DNA of 64,000 nt from a virus: the IMG/VR virus record IMGVR_UViG_3300028845_000030; one strand, 5' to 3'. The notes below the pieces were generated by a model, which was not told the DNA's origin, made no database searches, and was given only the letters and a program-made list of their open reading frames with translations. The position numbers and the translations under genes were made by a program. Shown here piece by piece: positions 1 through 11,090 of this stretch; position 1 is the first letter of the stretch, and the number at the start of each line of letters is the position of its first letter.

Positions 1-3000
1 TAAGAGATAGATCATCTGATGATGTAAGTTTATATTTATTAAACAGATTCTCTTTAATTTCAGATGTTCTAACAGCATAATCAGCATCTGATTTAATAGC
101 TGTTTTAGTTCTCTCTTTAGCTTCTGTATATTCTTTAACTATAGGTTGATTAACTAATAACATAGCATCATATAAGTCAACACCTAATGATACTAATTGT
201 AGCACTGGTCCTAATGATGTTAATGATAGGTTTAAATCTCCTGCTATAGGATCTTTAGCATTATCAGTCATAGCAGATAGAATAGTTGATAGAGTATCTT
301 GTATCCTTACTTTAACTTCTTTTCCTTGTTTCTTACTTTCAAATTTATCAAGTATTTCATGAGTACTAAAATCAAATAGAGGTTTTTCACCATTAAATAC
401 AGGTCTGAAGGTATCAGCTTTTAAATGCACTTTAGCTTTAGCTAGAAATGCTCTAATTAAGTTAGTATTAGCAGCTGGACCAACATTCTCTTTACCTGTA
501 GAGTTAGATTTCCAGGCAGTAAATTGACCTATTGGACTATTTAAATTAGCTTGTTTAGATATATCAATATCTTTTAATACTTGTATTTTATCTCTAACAT
601 CAGAAAGTCTTTTTACTGTAGCTGGAGTTTGAGGAATACCCTTTTCTACCATTGATTTATTAGTAAGAAAAGCAATATTAGCATCCACTAATTGATTATT
701 AATAGTGGCATTAGATAGAGTGATGGTCCCTCCTTTTGTCTCTTTTTTAAACTCTTCAAGAGTGGAAGGTAATTGTAATTCAATAAGAGCTTCTTGTTCT
801 GGAACTCCTAGTTTAATTAGTTTAATAAAGTCTTTATTGTTCTGTTTTTGATCTTGTATAAACTCTTCAAATTTACCTTCTAAAGTGGTAGCTGTACCAA
901 ATGGTACAAACTTATCACCTTTCATGTAAAAGTCTTTTCTTTCAACAAATATACTGTCTATATCAAAGTCAGCACCTGATAATTCAATCACTTCTTTAGG
1001 GAATATACCAACAGACCCATATTCACTTGGAAGAAACTCTACCACTTTAAAAGCAATCATAGAATGCTTATCTTGTGTAGGTATCCTTTGACCAAACATT
1101 TCCAGCACTTGTTTAGCATTTAATATATCTCCAGGTTTAAGATTGTGTAGTTCTCTGGTAAATGCTGGCATTGCTACCTCAGATAGTCCACTTGGATTGT
1201 ATTTTAATGGTCTATATTCACCTGTTTTTTCATCTTTAACATTAAATCCATAATCAGATATTAATGTAAGCTTCAATCCAGCTGTCTTTTGATTTAATAC
1301 ACCTTTAGTAAAGTGAGCTAAGAATAATTGCTCATATTTATTAAGAGTGTTAGGAAGATTTAAATTATACATTGGATCAAGTCCAAAGAATTGCAATAAA
1401 GAATCATCTGCACCTGATTGTTCAAGTGTATCTAATAGTTTCTTTCTAAATTTAGTTTCTTCTTTCTCTGTTAAATTACCATCTACTAGTTTACCCAAGA
1501 ACTTCTTAGCTTGATCTACAGAATTAGTTCTGGCTTGTGATAGAAGATTTTGATATATATGTCTTAATTCTTTTAAACTTATATCTTCCCCTTGAAAATT
1601 AACAATAGTATTATCATCTTGCTCACTATCAATAAGTTGTATTAATTGTGTTCCATAGACAATTTCTGTCTTACCAGATGGTGTATCTACTTGTCTTCCT
1701 GAGTATTTATTCTCAATAAGTCTAGTATTTGTATGATTAAAGTCATATCTACCATCTGGTCCTAATTCAGCTGGTTTATATGTTAATAATTTACTGGCAC
1801 TTTCTGGAAGTATTCTGGCTGGTACAATTTGGTCTATTTGTTCAATAGACATTTGTTGATGCCATTGAAAATCAGGATTTTGAGCCATTGTAGCTCTTCT
1901 TGATAGATTTTCTAGTTGTACTCTGAAGTTGTGTAATAATTCTTTCCCTGGTTTAGCTACCCATTCTCCTTTATCATTTTTAACTGATGTTAATTTCTTA
2001 GTGAGAATAAGATCAGACATTTTATGATAGTCTACAGGACCTGATGTAACAGTTTTAATGCTGTTTAACATCACCTGTTTATCCTTCAATGTGAGTATTT
2101 CATCCCATGTAAGTTCTTCACCATCATCAATTTTATTAAGAATAGAGAATATCTCAGGACTAAGTTTACCTTCTCTCTGTAGAATGAACTTAAAATGGTT
2201 CATATCTATCATAGCTTGAGCATCAGCTACATCAATATCTTTTGTAAGTCCTTTAGCTTTAGGTTCTTTATAAAATCCTACAATATGATTTCCTTTACCA
2301 AAAGACACCTTTGCTGATATAGCTCTCTTAGCTCTTTTAACATTATCAACAGCATCTTTAGAGAATGCTGGATTCATTTCTATAAGATCATTATAAGCAT
2401 TAATGTTTATAAGACTATTTACATAGAAATTACCTATATCATCTTTAGTTGATACATTTTTTGGTAGTAGATTCTGAGAAGTTATACCAAGATCTTCTAA
2501 TAATTGATTTTCTTGTTTAATTTCATTAAGTAGATTAGCTTCTATTTCTGTTTTAATAGCTTCTTCCATGTCATGAAAATCAGCTTTAGAAACATAATTT
2601 TTAGCTTTTGATAGAATTTGTTCTCCTAATTTGGTGTTTTCCAGATATTTGAAATAGAATAGATGTAATCCTCTTAATTTACCAATATGATAGTCTTTAA
2701 TTTTAACTACATCAGGATTATTAATTTCTCTCTCTGTAATAGTTATTCTTTCTACTTCTTGTAGAAATTGATCATATAATAGATTAATAGCTCTATCTGT
2801 TGGTCTACCATTAGAATACAGTTTTTCAACAGGAAGTTTTATAGAATAAGCTGAAGCACTGGCTTCCAACACTTTAGGATAGAATTTAGCAAATGTAACA
2901 TCACCTATTTTCTTTTGAGCAGAAAATAAGCCATATTGCATAAGTTTAAATGATCTATCATCTATACCTTTAAATGTAGTGCCTTCTTGACCTTTTTTAT

Positions 3001-6000
3001 CTTGTCTAATATCACCTGTAAACTCTAATTGTAAATTAGAGAATATTTCATCAGCATTTTTATGTGTTAATAGATAGTTATTATCATTGAAAGCATAAGA
3101 ATGGCTGTAGGAGGTATTTAATTGCTCTATAAACGCTTTTCTACCTTCAGGGGTACTAAGTGCTTGTCTAAGCTCTCTTGTACGCTCTAACATCAAAGAT
3201 GGTTTAATATAACTATATCTGGTTTCACCATTAGCATCCTGAAAGTTAGGACTTACCACCTGTTCATCAAATACATAATTAGCCTGTGCTATATTCTGTA
3301 GTCTTGTAATAGCTCCTTTTGTTCCTTTTTCATAAGGAGAATTATCTTTAGCTATTACCCCAGCTAATGCTGAAAGATCATCTCTTGTTAGAGGTTTAAC
3401 ATCTTTAAAGTTGGCTATAAGTGGGTTAAAAGGATCACTTATAGCCAATAATGAATATCTAATATATGTATCTGATACATCTACACCTATAGAAGCTAAT
3501 GCTTTCTTTATAGGTTCAATCTTATCTATATTACCTGTAGCAAGATCACTTCCTGCATCCTGTAAGGCTATTTTACTCTTAGTAAGATCTTTTGTTTCAC
3601 TAAAATTCTTCTCCCACTGATCTACTTGAGCTTTTCCAGCATTATTAGCATCAAATACTTTATATGTTTGTGTTTCTAAGTTAGGAAGTATTTGTAGATA
3701 TTTAATCTTCTCTGTAGTGAAAGCATTTAAAAATTGTTGTAATAGCTGTGGATTTAATTTAGCTACACCTATAGTTTCATCATATCCTGTTTCAGAAGTA
3801 AGTCTGTCATAAACAGCTTTAGTTTGAGGGTTATTTTCCGCAAATATTCTGAATTTATTCATCATATTTCCAGTGTCTGTAGATGCAAGAGTTTTCATTA
3901 TACTCTGATATACTACTTGAGGATCAACAGCTGTTTTAACAGGTCTCCCTAAAGCATCTGTAGTGTCATATAAAGTAGTTCCAATATAAGCTCTTATCTC
4001 TTTATTCAGAGAATCAAATCCACCTATATTAATAGCATTTTTATCAAAGTCTATTAGTTTTCTTTCATTTTCTGTAGCTGTTATCTCTTCATCAAGATCT
4101 ACTTTATCAAAGTTAAATACATCTAATTGTTTTTTAACTTGTTCTTTAATTAAAGCTACAGATGTTGGATTAGAATATACAAATTGTTGACTTCTTAACC
4201 ATCTTTTAATTTTAAGTCCTTCAATAGGTGATTTAGAAGCTATAATGTCTTTATTATTTTCTAAAGAGTTAAACTGATATGCTTTAGATATTGCAGCATC
4301 TAATAGAATATCTACATCCATTCTGGCTTTAGATGCTCCCATTTTAGCACTAATCACTTTAGCAGCTATAGTTCTTATAATTTGTCTACCTTCTTCTAGT
4401 CCTGTATATGTGTATCTTTTACCAGTTTCTGTATCTTTTTCACCATTAGGAATCTGTTTAAATACAGGATTAGCCCATTTCTTTGTAAACTGGTTATAAT
4501 GAGTTATATCACTTCTAAAACTTCCTTTATTTATATTTTCAAACAATGCTTGTAATTCTGTCTTATGTCCAACAAGCCATGTTAAAAAGTCTTGTATTTT
4601 AGAAAGAATTTTACCAATAAGTCCCATGTTTTCAAGCTTGTTTTTACCAAGTTTGTAGTTCATGAAAGTATCAGCCATCTTTTCTTCAAGCCATAATTCT
4701 TCTAATTGATCTTTTCTTAAAGATTTATTAGCATTAGATTGATTTTTAAGTTCAGATAATTGTTTGATAGTAGGAGTTCCATATTTAACTCTTGCTAACA
4801 TATGGAGTCTTCTTATCTGTTCATCAGATATAAGTCTTCTAAATACATAGTGAAAAACCTCATGGAATTCTGTACCTTTTTGAGCAGCTTTATTTAAATA
4901 GATAGATTTACCAGCAAAGAATCCCCAGGTTTCTCCCTTATTCTCTATATTAGTTATTAATGTGTTAATATCATCAAAATTAACAACAGATGCTGGAGAT
5001 ATTAATTTTCTAACATTAGCTTCTGCTTCTGGAAAATCAATAAATGTTTGAGCTGATTGTTGTGATATTTTGTTAATAGGAGTTTCTCCTCTAAGTCTAT
5101 CAATATCAGATTCTAATTTTCTGCCTTCTAATAATTGTTTCTCAAGAGCTTCTATTTCTATAAAATAAGAATCAGCTTCTTCTTCACTTGAACTATTAGC
5201 TATTTTATCTTCTAAAGCAGCTATTTGATCTTTAATTGTATTAGCTGATATAGATTGACTCTTTGGTGTAATCGTGGTAGGTGCAACTTTTGTTTCAGCA
5301 GGTAATATTTTACCAAATATATCTTCTGAAGGAATATTTAAATCTACTATAATCTTACTATATTTAAATACATTCTTAGATACATTAGATAGAAACATAC
5401 CAGCAAGTTCTTTAGTTGGTATCTTATCTGTATTTTCTGTCTTAGGAATAGATCTTCTGAAAGATTCAGGATGTATATATTTTAGTCCTTGATCTGTAAC
5501 ATGTTTAACTACACTATTAATAGAAGTTTTATTAGATAGAGGTATATCAAGATATGTTTTAGTTTCATCTCTTGTAATAACCATTTGTAGTTTAGATGGT
5601 TTTCCTTCTTTTGATATGTCTAATTTTAATTCAAGTCTTTCTCCAGCTGGAGATATAATATGAATTAAAGAACTGAATTTATCATTTATTTGTTTTTGTT
5701 CTTTCTCAGAAATAGTCTTTTTTTCTAATATATCAGCTATAATAGATTTAAATTCACTGTCTGTAAATATCTGTGTATCAGCTCCAAATAAGAATAGTTC
5801 TCCATTAGCTTCTCTACCTAAAGCTAAATATCTTGAATTAGTAGCTCCTATAAAGTTATTAGGATTTTTTATACTTTTAAGAAAGTTCTTAGCCTTATCT
5901 TTATTATTTGGATTACCTAATAGTTGTAACTCTTCCCATGTAGATCCATTTAATTTATCAAATATATAGAATTCTCCGTCTATATTAGCCTTACTAATTT

Positions 6001-8941
6001 CAGATAGAATAGGCTTAATTGCATCATCTTTAATTGTATCAAATTTACCTTTCTTAGCAAATACTGTAATACCATATTTTTCATTTAGATCTTTAGCTGA
6101 TAATGTTGTTTCTCCTTGTGCATTATAAATAGATTGATACACCTTATTAAGTGCATCTAGTTTATGTTGATTATTAATAAGATCAGTTATTTCTTCATCT
6201 GTAAGATCTCTGACAGCTTTATCTTCTCTTATTTTAAATAGTGTTTTAGCCTGTGTCCTGTTATTGTCAGTAAATCTGAATGTAGATGTATTACCTTTTT
6301 CATCTACTGTAACATATTGATCAGAATGTCTACCATGAAAGGCATCTATCCATGTTCCATCAGGAGTTTGTAATTCATAAACAACATCAAGAGCTTTATT
6401 AGGACTTAATGTTGCTTTTACACTGCTTGGGAATTTACTTAATAGATGATTTAGTCCTCTTTGGATGTTACCCTCTACAGATACCTTTTTAGTCAGCCTG
6501 ACTCTTGTAATAGGTGTTATATCAGAAACAGTGTTTAATATTTCTTGTACAGCAGCTTTAGTTCCTACAGCATGTACTCCTGTTCCATCTTCAGATTCTC
6601 CTGTATATGGTTGTGTAAGATCAGTGTTATTTAATACTTCTGGTCCTGTAGATGGTAGAGTTTTAGGTACATAGAAATCTGTTATAGGATGTAATACATC
6701 ATCACCTTTAATTTTAACCAGTCCTTCTTCTACATCAAAATCTTCTACTTCTACAGATTGTCCTTGTCCTCTAAATTGTACTTGTGATCCTGGAGCAAAT
6801 TGTCCTTCTTTTGTTACTGCTGTTTCTGTTTCTTCTTCATCAGTTGGTTTTTCATCTTCAACATCAGCACTATTCTTCTTATCAAATTCTTCATTAGCTT
6901 TTCTTACTTCTTCATCACCTATAATATCATTAAATAATTTAGAATATTCTTTCTCTCTTTGATTAAGTTTTTCAAGATCATTAACAATAGCTATAATCTC
7001 TGGTTTTCTGATAGGATTAACTCTTTCAATAGCCTCTTTAAATCCTTCTGTTTCTGTGAATTTTTCATATTTCTTAGAACCAGGGAGATTTGTTAATATT
7101 TCATTATTAATTTTTACTAATAAATCAGATCCTTCTTTAACTGTCAGATTCATTAATTCCTGATGTAGTTTTTGTCTTCTATCTTTAGCATCATCCACTA
7201 CTACAGCAGCATGTATAAGTCTTTCTTTATTACCTTCAGAGAAATCTTTATATGTATTTTCAACAGTTTCATAAGCTTTAACTATAGATTCTGTTTTTTC
7301 TATTCTATCTTGTACTAATTGAGCTACAGAAGTTTTATTAGATTCCTCTGGTGTTACACCAAATGTTTCTTTAAATTCTTCTGGTTTCATATTTTTTATA
7401 CTCTCTAAGTCTTCTTTAAGACTCTCATATTGTCCAGTTTTAATTCTAGATAGAGTATATGATGTTATAAGATCATTTTGAGCATTGTTAAATTCAAATT
7501 TATCACCTTTAGCAGCTGCTTCTGACATTTCACCAGAAATAGCTTTAGCTCTATTATCTGATTGTATAAGTTGTTTATATACTTCTTTAGGATTGTGCTT
7601 GTTAAGTATTTCTAAAGCATTAGCTATCTGAGGATCATCTGATTTAAATGCTTCTCTTAGAGCAGATTTCTTCATAGCTCCACCAGAGATTAATGTAGAT
7701 AATGCACCTACAACAAATGATTCCCATCCTTTTTCTGTACCATAAGCTTCTTTAAGTCCTATAATAGCAGATTCAAGAATATTAGTGTCTTGTTTATTAA
7801 ATTTCTTTGTATAGAAGTCTTGAGATGCTGTAGATGTAGCACCTTGCAGTTGTTCTTGTGTTCCTTCTTCTACTGGTTGAGCACCAACTTTAGCTATTTT
7901 AGTAAGTCTTTCTTCTAATGGAGATATATCTACTTTGGAGAAATCTCCTAAAGCAGCTTTTCTTTCTAACTTTTTACCAATTTCATCACCTAATTCTCCT
8001 ACAGCCTTTCTTTCAGCTTTAAGATTAGTCATAACCTTACCAAATTGTAAGAAATTTGATCCAGCTATAATTGGAAGATTAACTATGAATATAGTGTTTT
8101 CTAATTGATCTTTTTTAGTTTTAAGATCAAGTATCACTTCTTCTGGAACTTCTTGTCCTAATTGTTCATATTTAGATTTAACTTCAGCTAATGTTTTATC
8201 ATACCACTGTTTACCACCCATTCTACCTTCATCACCAGCCTCACCAATGGAAGCTGTTGTAGCTGTTGTTAAAGCTTCTCCAGCTTGAGCTATTTTACCT
8301 GTAGTTCCTAATGATTTAGCTATACTTCTATATACAAGACCTGATGCAGCACCAGTGCCTACAGCTCCTAATGTATATCCTGCTCCTGATAGAACATCTC
8401 CCCACCAAAAATTGGCTTTACCCATCTTTTGATACCAAGGCATCTGTTCATATTCCTTAGTATTATATAATGGAACACCACCAGATATAGCTTCATTAGC
8501 TTTATCCATTGATTGTGTTACATAGTTATCATATAATTTAGAGAATTGTCCATTAGACAGAGCTGATCCTATTCCATAAATAGTACCTGCTGTACCATTT
8601 ATAAATGATGTTAAAGCTTTACCTGATGCTTGAACTACACCATTAGCTATTTTATCAGATATTGGTTGTTTCTCTGCTCTATAATAAGGAAGATCTCCAC
8701 TTTTAACAATATCAATATCCATTCTGGCATCATCAAATTTTGATTTACCAAAATCAGTGGGTTTTCCAGAAACATCAATACCTGCATAACTTTCTAAGTT
8801 TACAGGTATTTGAGGTTTAGCTTCTCCAACATTAGCATCTAAGAATTTATTAAAAGCTTTTTCTGATGGTTTATACTTAGCTAATGATTCTTGTTCTTCT
8901 ATTGTTAGGGGTGATAAATTTGAATTTTCTTTTTTAGCCAT
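1..8941 (-). CDS. Giant virion protein with a complete N-terminus; the C-terminus is cut by the window edge (at least 2980 aa). Read as a crAss-like virion-packaged RNA polymerase (phi14:2 gp66-like) preceded by a very long N-terminal region carrying a zincin HExxH motif
   Basis: The ATG at 8941..8939 overlaps the upstream stop (TAATG). Manual minus-strand translation stays open down to position 1. The ORF is missing from the track because it has no stop inside the window. SGADFDIDS is present (DFDID at 956..970, aa 2658-2662), resembling the NADFDGD/DxDxD catalytic motif of two-barrel RNAPs. HEVFH lies at 4850..4864 (aa 1360-1364). Both motifs are in frame with the ATG. Confidence 0.75.
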   Translation of the reverse strand, partial: MAKKENSNLSPLTIEEQESLAKYKPSEKAFNKFLDANVGEAKPQIPVNLESYAGIDVSGKPTDFGKSKFDDARMDIDIVKSGDLPYYRAEKQPISDKIANGVVQASGKALTSFINGTAGTIYGIGSALSNGQFSKLYDNYVTQSMDKANEAISGGVPLYNTKEYEQMPWYQKMGKANFWWGDVLSGAGYTLGAVGTGAASGLVYRSIAKSLGTTGKIAQAGEALTTATTASIGEAGDEGRMGGKQWYDKTLAEVKSKYEQLGQEVPEEVILDLKTKKDQLENTIFIVNLPIIAGSNFLQFGKVMTNLKAERKAVGELGDEIGKKLERKAALGDFSKVDISPLEERLTKIAKVGAQPVEEGTQEQLQGATSTASQDFYTKKFNKQDTNILESAIIGLKEAYGTEKGWESFVVGALSTLISGGAMKKSALREAFKSDDPQIANALEILNKHNPKEVYKQLIQSDNRAKAISGEMSEAAAKGDKFEFNNAQNDLITSYTLSRIKTGQYESLKEDLESIKNMKPEEFKETFGVTPEESNKTSVAQLVQDRIEKTESIVKAYETVENTYKDFSEGNKERLIHAAVVVDDAKDRRQKLHQELMNLTVKEGSDLLVKINNEILTNLPGSKKYEKFTETEGFKEAIERVNPIRKPEIIAIVNDLEKLNQREKEYSKLFNDIIGDEEVRKANEEFDKKNSADVEDEKPTDEEETETAVTKEGQFAPGSQVQFRGQGQSVEVEDFDVEEGLVKIKGDDVLHPITDFYVPKTLPSTGPEVLNNTDLTQPYTGESEDGTGVHAVGTKAAVQEILNTVSDITPITRVRLTKKVSVEGNIQRGLNHLLSKFPSSVKATLSPNKALDVVYELQTPDGTWIDAFHGRHSDQYVTVDEKGNTSTFRFTDNNRTQAKTLFKIREDKAVRDLTDEEITDLINNQHKLDALNKVYQSIYNAQGETTLSAKDLNEKYGITVFAKKGKFDTIKDDAIKPILSEISKANIDGEFYIFDKLNGSTWEELQLLGNPNNKDKAKNFLKSIKNPNNFIGATNSRYLALGREANGELFLFGADTQIFTDSEFKSIIADILEKKTISEKEQKQINDKFSSLIHIISPAGERLELKLDISKEGKPSKLQMVITRDETKTYLDIPLSNKTSINSVVKHVTDQGLKYIHPESFRRSIPKTENTDKIPTKELAGMFLSNVSKNVFKYSKIIVDLNIPSEDIFGKILPAETKVAPTTITPKSQSISANTIKDQIAALEDKIANSSSEEEADSYFIEIEALEKQLLEGRKLESDIDRLRGETPINKISQQSAQTFIDFPEAEANVRKLISPASVVNFDDINTLITNIENKGETWGFFAGKSIYLNKAAQKGTEFHEVFHYVFRRLISDEQIRRLHMLARVKYGTPTIKQLSELKNQSNANKSLRKDQLEELWLEEKMADTFMNYKLGKNKLENMGLIGKILSKIQDFLTWLVGHKTELQALFENINKGSFRSDITHYNQFTKKWANPVFKQIPNGEKDTETGKRYTYTGLEEGRQIIRTIAAKVISAKMGASKARMDVDILLDAAISKAYQFNSLENNKDIIASKSPIEGLKIKRWLRSQQFVYSNPTSVALIKEQVKKQLDVFNFDKVDLDEEITATENERKLIDFDKNAINIGGFDSLNKEIRAYIGTTLYDTTDALGRPVKTAVDPQVVYQSIMKTLASTDTGNMMNKFRIFAENNPQTKAVYDRLTSETGYDETIGVAKLNPQLLQQFLNAFTTEKIKYLQILPNLETQTYKVFDANNAGKAQVDQWEKNFSETKDLTKSKIALQDAGSDLATGNIDKIEPIKKALASIGVDVSDTYIRYSLLAISDPFNPLIANFKDVKPLTRDDLSALAGVIAKDNSPYEKGTKGAITRLQNIAQANYVFDEQVVSPNFQDANGETRYSYIKPSLMLERTRELRQALSTPEGRKAFIEQLNTSYSHSYAFNDNNYLLTHKNADEIFSNLQLEFTGDIRQDKKGQEGTTFKGIDDRSFKLMQYGLFSAQKKIGDVTFAKFYPKVLEASASAYSIKLPVEKLYSNGRPTDRAINLLYDQFLQEVERITITEREINNPDVVKIKDYHIGKLRGLHLFYFKYLENTKLGEQILSKAKNYVSKADFHDMEEAIKTEIEANLLNEIKQENQLLEDLGITSQNLLPKNVSTKDDIGNFYVNSLININAYNDLIEMNPAFSKDAVDNVKRAKRAISAKVSFGKGNHIVGFYKEPKAKGLTKDIDVADAQAMIDMNHFKFILQREGKLSPEIFSILNKIDDGEELTWDEILTLKDKQVMLNSIKTVTSGPVDYHKMSDLILTKKLTSVKNDKGEWVAKPGKELLHNFRVQLENLSRRATMAQNPDFQWHQQMSIEQIDQIVPARILPESASKLLTYKPAELGPDGRYDFNHTNTRLIENKYSGRQVDTPSGKTEIVYGTQLIQLIDSEQDDNTIVNFQGEDISLKELRHIYQNLLSQARTNSVDQAKKFLGKLVDGNLTEKEETKFRKKLLDTLEQSGADDSLLQFFGLDPMYNLNLPNTLNKYEQLFLAHFTKGVLNQKTAGLKLTLISDYGFNVKDEKTGEYRPLKYNPSGLSEVAMPAFTRELHNLKPGDILNAKQVLEMFGQRIPTQDKHSMIAFKVVEFLPSEYGSVGIFPKEVIELSGADFDIDSIFVERKDFYMKGDKFVPFGTATTLEGKFEEFIQDQKQNNKDFIKLIKLGVPEQEALIELQLPSTLEEFKKETKGGTITLSNATINNQLVDANIAFLTNKSMVEKGIPQTPATVKRLSDVRDKIQVLKDIDISKQANLNSPIGQFTAWKSNSTGKENVGPAANTNLIRAFLAKAKVHLKADTFRPVFNGEKPLFDFSTHEILDKFESKKQGKEVKVRIQDTLSTILSAMTDNAKDPIAGDLNLSLTSLGPVLQLVSLGVDLYDAMLLVNQPIVKEYTEAKERTKTAIKSDADYAVRTSEIKENLFNKYKLTSSDDLSL

Positions 8942-10923
8942 TATTCTTCAGGAGTTTCAAAACTCTGTGTTTCCATTCTTTTATTAATCTTACCTGTAAC
9001 ATCTCTAAATTCATCTTTGTTAAATAAATCACTCATATAAGAATTAACTACATTTGATGTAGATTCTTCAGGTGTAAATATCTTTTTATCTTCATTATAT
9101 CTTATAGCTTTAACAATATCAGGATTTGTTTTATCCTTGTACATATAAACTGTTGTTTCTCTATCTACACTTACCTTTCCAATTGGTTCTAAATTTTGAA
9201 TATTACCTAGTTTGCTAGTTATATATTCTCTGTTTTTACCAGAACTAATTCCTAGAGCAGCAGCTGCTTCAGAAACATCTTCTTGATTTCTTGATTTTGG
9301 ATCAAGTATTAGTTTTTTTGTTTCTGTTGGAATCTTAGCTATTCTATTAAATGCTTCTTGATATGTTTTATTTCCAGGTGTAAACTCTTTATTTACTTCA
9401 TTACCTTCTTTATCTGTGAACTTAAATAGTACTTTAGCTTTATTTCCATCTAATGTTAATTGAGCTAATTTACCTCTTGTTTTACCTGTTTTTTCATCAA
9501 TAAATTGAGGATTATCTTTTAAGAAAGAATTCATAGTTTCTCCTGGATCTCCTACCATCTGTTCTTTATCTGATGAGTTCAATAATTTAGTTCCAAGAGC
9601 ATCTCTTACAGGTTCTACTGGAACATAATTACTACCAGCACTAGTATTTAGATTTTGTAAATATGTTAATGTCTTTAATACTTGTTCATTACCAGGAATT
9701 TCTTTTCTTGTTTCATCTTTATTTAATCCAAGATCTCTACTTATAGCAAATAATGCTTTATAGGGAGTGTCATTGTGTTTAAAGTATTTATCTGGTAATA
9801 TACCACTCCATTTAGCAAGTCCTTGTGGTTTTAATTTATCATGTAAAGCTTCATTATCAACATTCACTGTTCCTGTAGCTGGATCAACTTTTAACACACC
9901 ATTAAATACTGATAACTCACCTGTAAATATATTATTATCTTTTATTCCAGATTGAGCAAATGTTCCAAGAAGTCCTTCTTTAGCTTTCTCTTTTCTTGCT
10001 TTATCTAATTTTAAAGGATCTTTAACTTGCATATAATCTTCTTTAGCTCTTTTATAAGCTCCTCCATGCGCTGTACCAGCTAATATAGATCCAAAAGGAT
10101 TATTTTCATCTAAAATAAAATGAGTTTCTTTGGTTTTAGGATTAACTTGTGTTCCTTTTATAAAATTACTCCAACCTGGTTGATCATTAAATCTACCTTC
10201 TTGTTCTAATGAACTTAATAATTGAGTATCACCTAAAGCTCTTTTAGTCAAAGAATCTACTATTTTAGTATAATCTTTATGATTTATCTCTCCATGTTTC
10301 CAAGCATCTGTAACTTCATTTAGAGATCCATGTCTACTTAATCCAGTTATACCTGTTTCAGCTTCTACATCTTTAAGTTTATCAGAAGTCCATTGATTAG
10401 GATCAATTCTTTTAGTTAATCCTTGTCCATTAAATGTATTAAAACCACCTTCTGGATTAATTGTACCACTAAATCCATATTGAGCATCTCTAAGATGTTT
10501 TCTTAATTGTTGATCTGTCCAACCTAATTCTTTAGACTTATCTAATATATCTTTTTCATAAGCTTTGTAAGCATCATAATTACCCTGAATATTCCCTATA
10601 TCACCCATAGGACCAAATCTATTCAATATTTGTTGTTTAGTTTTATGCCATTCAGTTCTAATTGATGGATCTAATAAATCTTTCCCAGTAAAATCTTGTA
10701 GTTGTTTATCTATTTCTTGTTTGGCTTTTAAAGAAGATTCTACATCACCAGGTAATCTATTCCATGATTTACCAAGAATGTCAATTACATCTTGTTTTTT
10801 TTCTTTATCATATTGTCTCTGTTTACCTTGAGCAGCAGCCATTATTCTATCAAAAGGTAAAGGCACATACTGACTTTCTCTTGAATATTGACTATCTGGT
10901 AATGTAAAATATCTACCTGCCAT
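8941..10923 (-). CDS. Hypothetical virion protein (possible ejected cargo protein, by position only)
   Basis: 660-aa ORF in the late operon. Its stop overlaps the ATG of the giant RNAP gene. No motif recognised. It sits between the large tail proteins and the virion RNAP. Confidence 0.75.
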   Translation of the reverse strand: MAGRYFTLPDSQYSRESQYVPLPFDRIMAAAQGKQRQYDKEKKQDVIDILGKSWNRLPGDVESSLKAKQEIDKQLQDFTGKDLLDPSIRTEWHKTKQQILNRFGPMGDIGNIQGNYDAYKAYEKDILDKSKELGWTDQQLRKHLRDAQYGFSGTINPEGGFNTFNGQGLTKRIDPNQWTSDKLKDVEAETGITGLSRHGSLNEVTDAWKHGEINHKDYTKIVDSLTKRALGDTQLLSSLEQEGRFNDQPGWSNFIKGTQVNPKTKETHFILDENNPFGSILAGTAHGGAYKRAKEDYMQVKDPLKLDKARKEKAKEGLLGTFAQSGIKDNNIFTGELSVFNGVLKVDPATGTVNVDNEALHDKLKPQGLAKWSGILPDKYFKHNDTPYKALFAISRDLGLNKDETRKEIPGNEQVLKTLTYLQNLNTSAGSNYVPVEPVRDALGTKLLNSSDKEQMVGDPGETMNSFLKDNPQFIDEKTGKTRGKLAQLTLDGNKAKVLFKFTDKEGNEVNKEFTPGNKTYQEAFNRIAKIPTETKKLILDPKSRNQEDVSEAAAALGISSGKNREYITSKLGNIQNLEPIGKVSVDRETTVYMYKDKTNPDIVKAIRYNEDKKIFTPEESTSNVVNSYMSDLFNKDEFRDVTGKINKRMETQSFETPEE

Positions 10924-11090
10924 ATTATTTAAATCTTATAAATATTGAAATTCCTAACCAAGCTATTCCTATTGAAGCAGTAGTATAATGTAATCTTGGT
11001 ATTAAATTTATTGTATTATAACCACCAAACTGTTCTGATGATCTTGTTTTATTATAATGTATATATTTCATTTTGTAAAGATAAGTAAAA

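Noticed and set aside
1-8940. An apparent 8.9-kb ORF desert that could suggest stop-codon reassignment (TAG or TGA recoding, as in some crAss-like lineages) or noncoding DNA
   Set aside because: Hand translation of the minus strand from the ATG at 8941 shows one continuous standard-code frame that simply lacks a stop inside the window. The two motif positions (4864 and 970) are in frame with the ATG. All other late genes are intact under the standard code, and neither tRNA is a suppressor.
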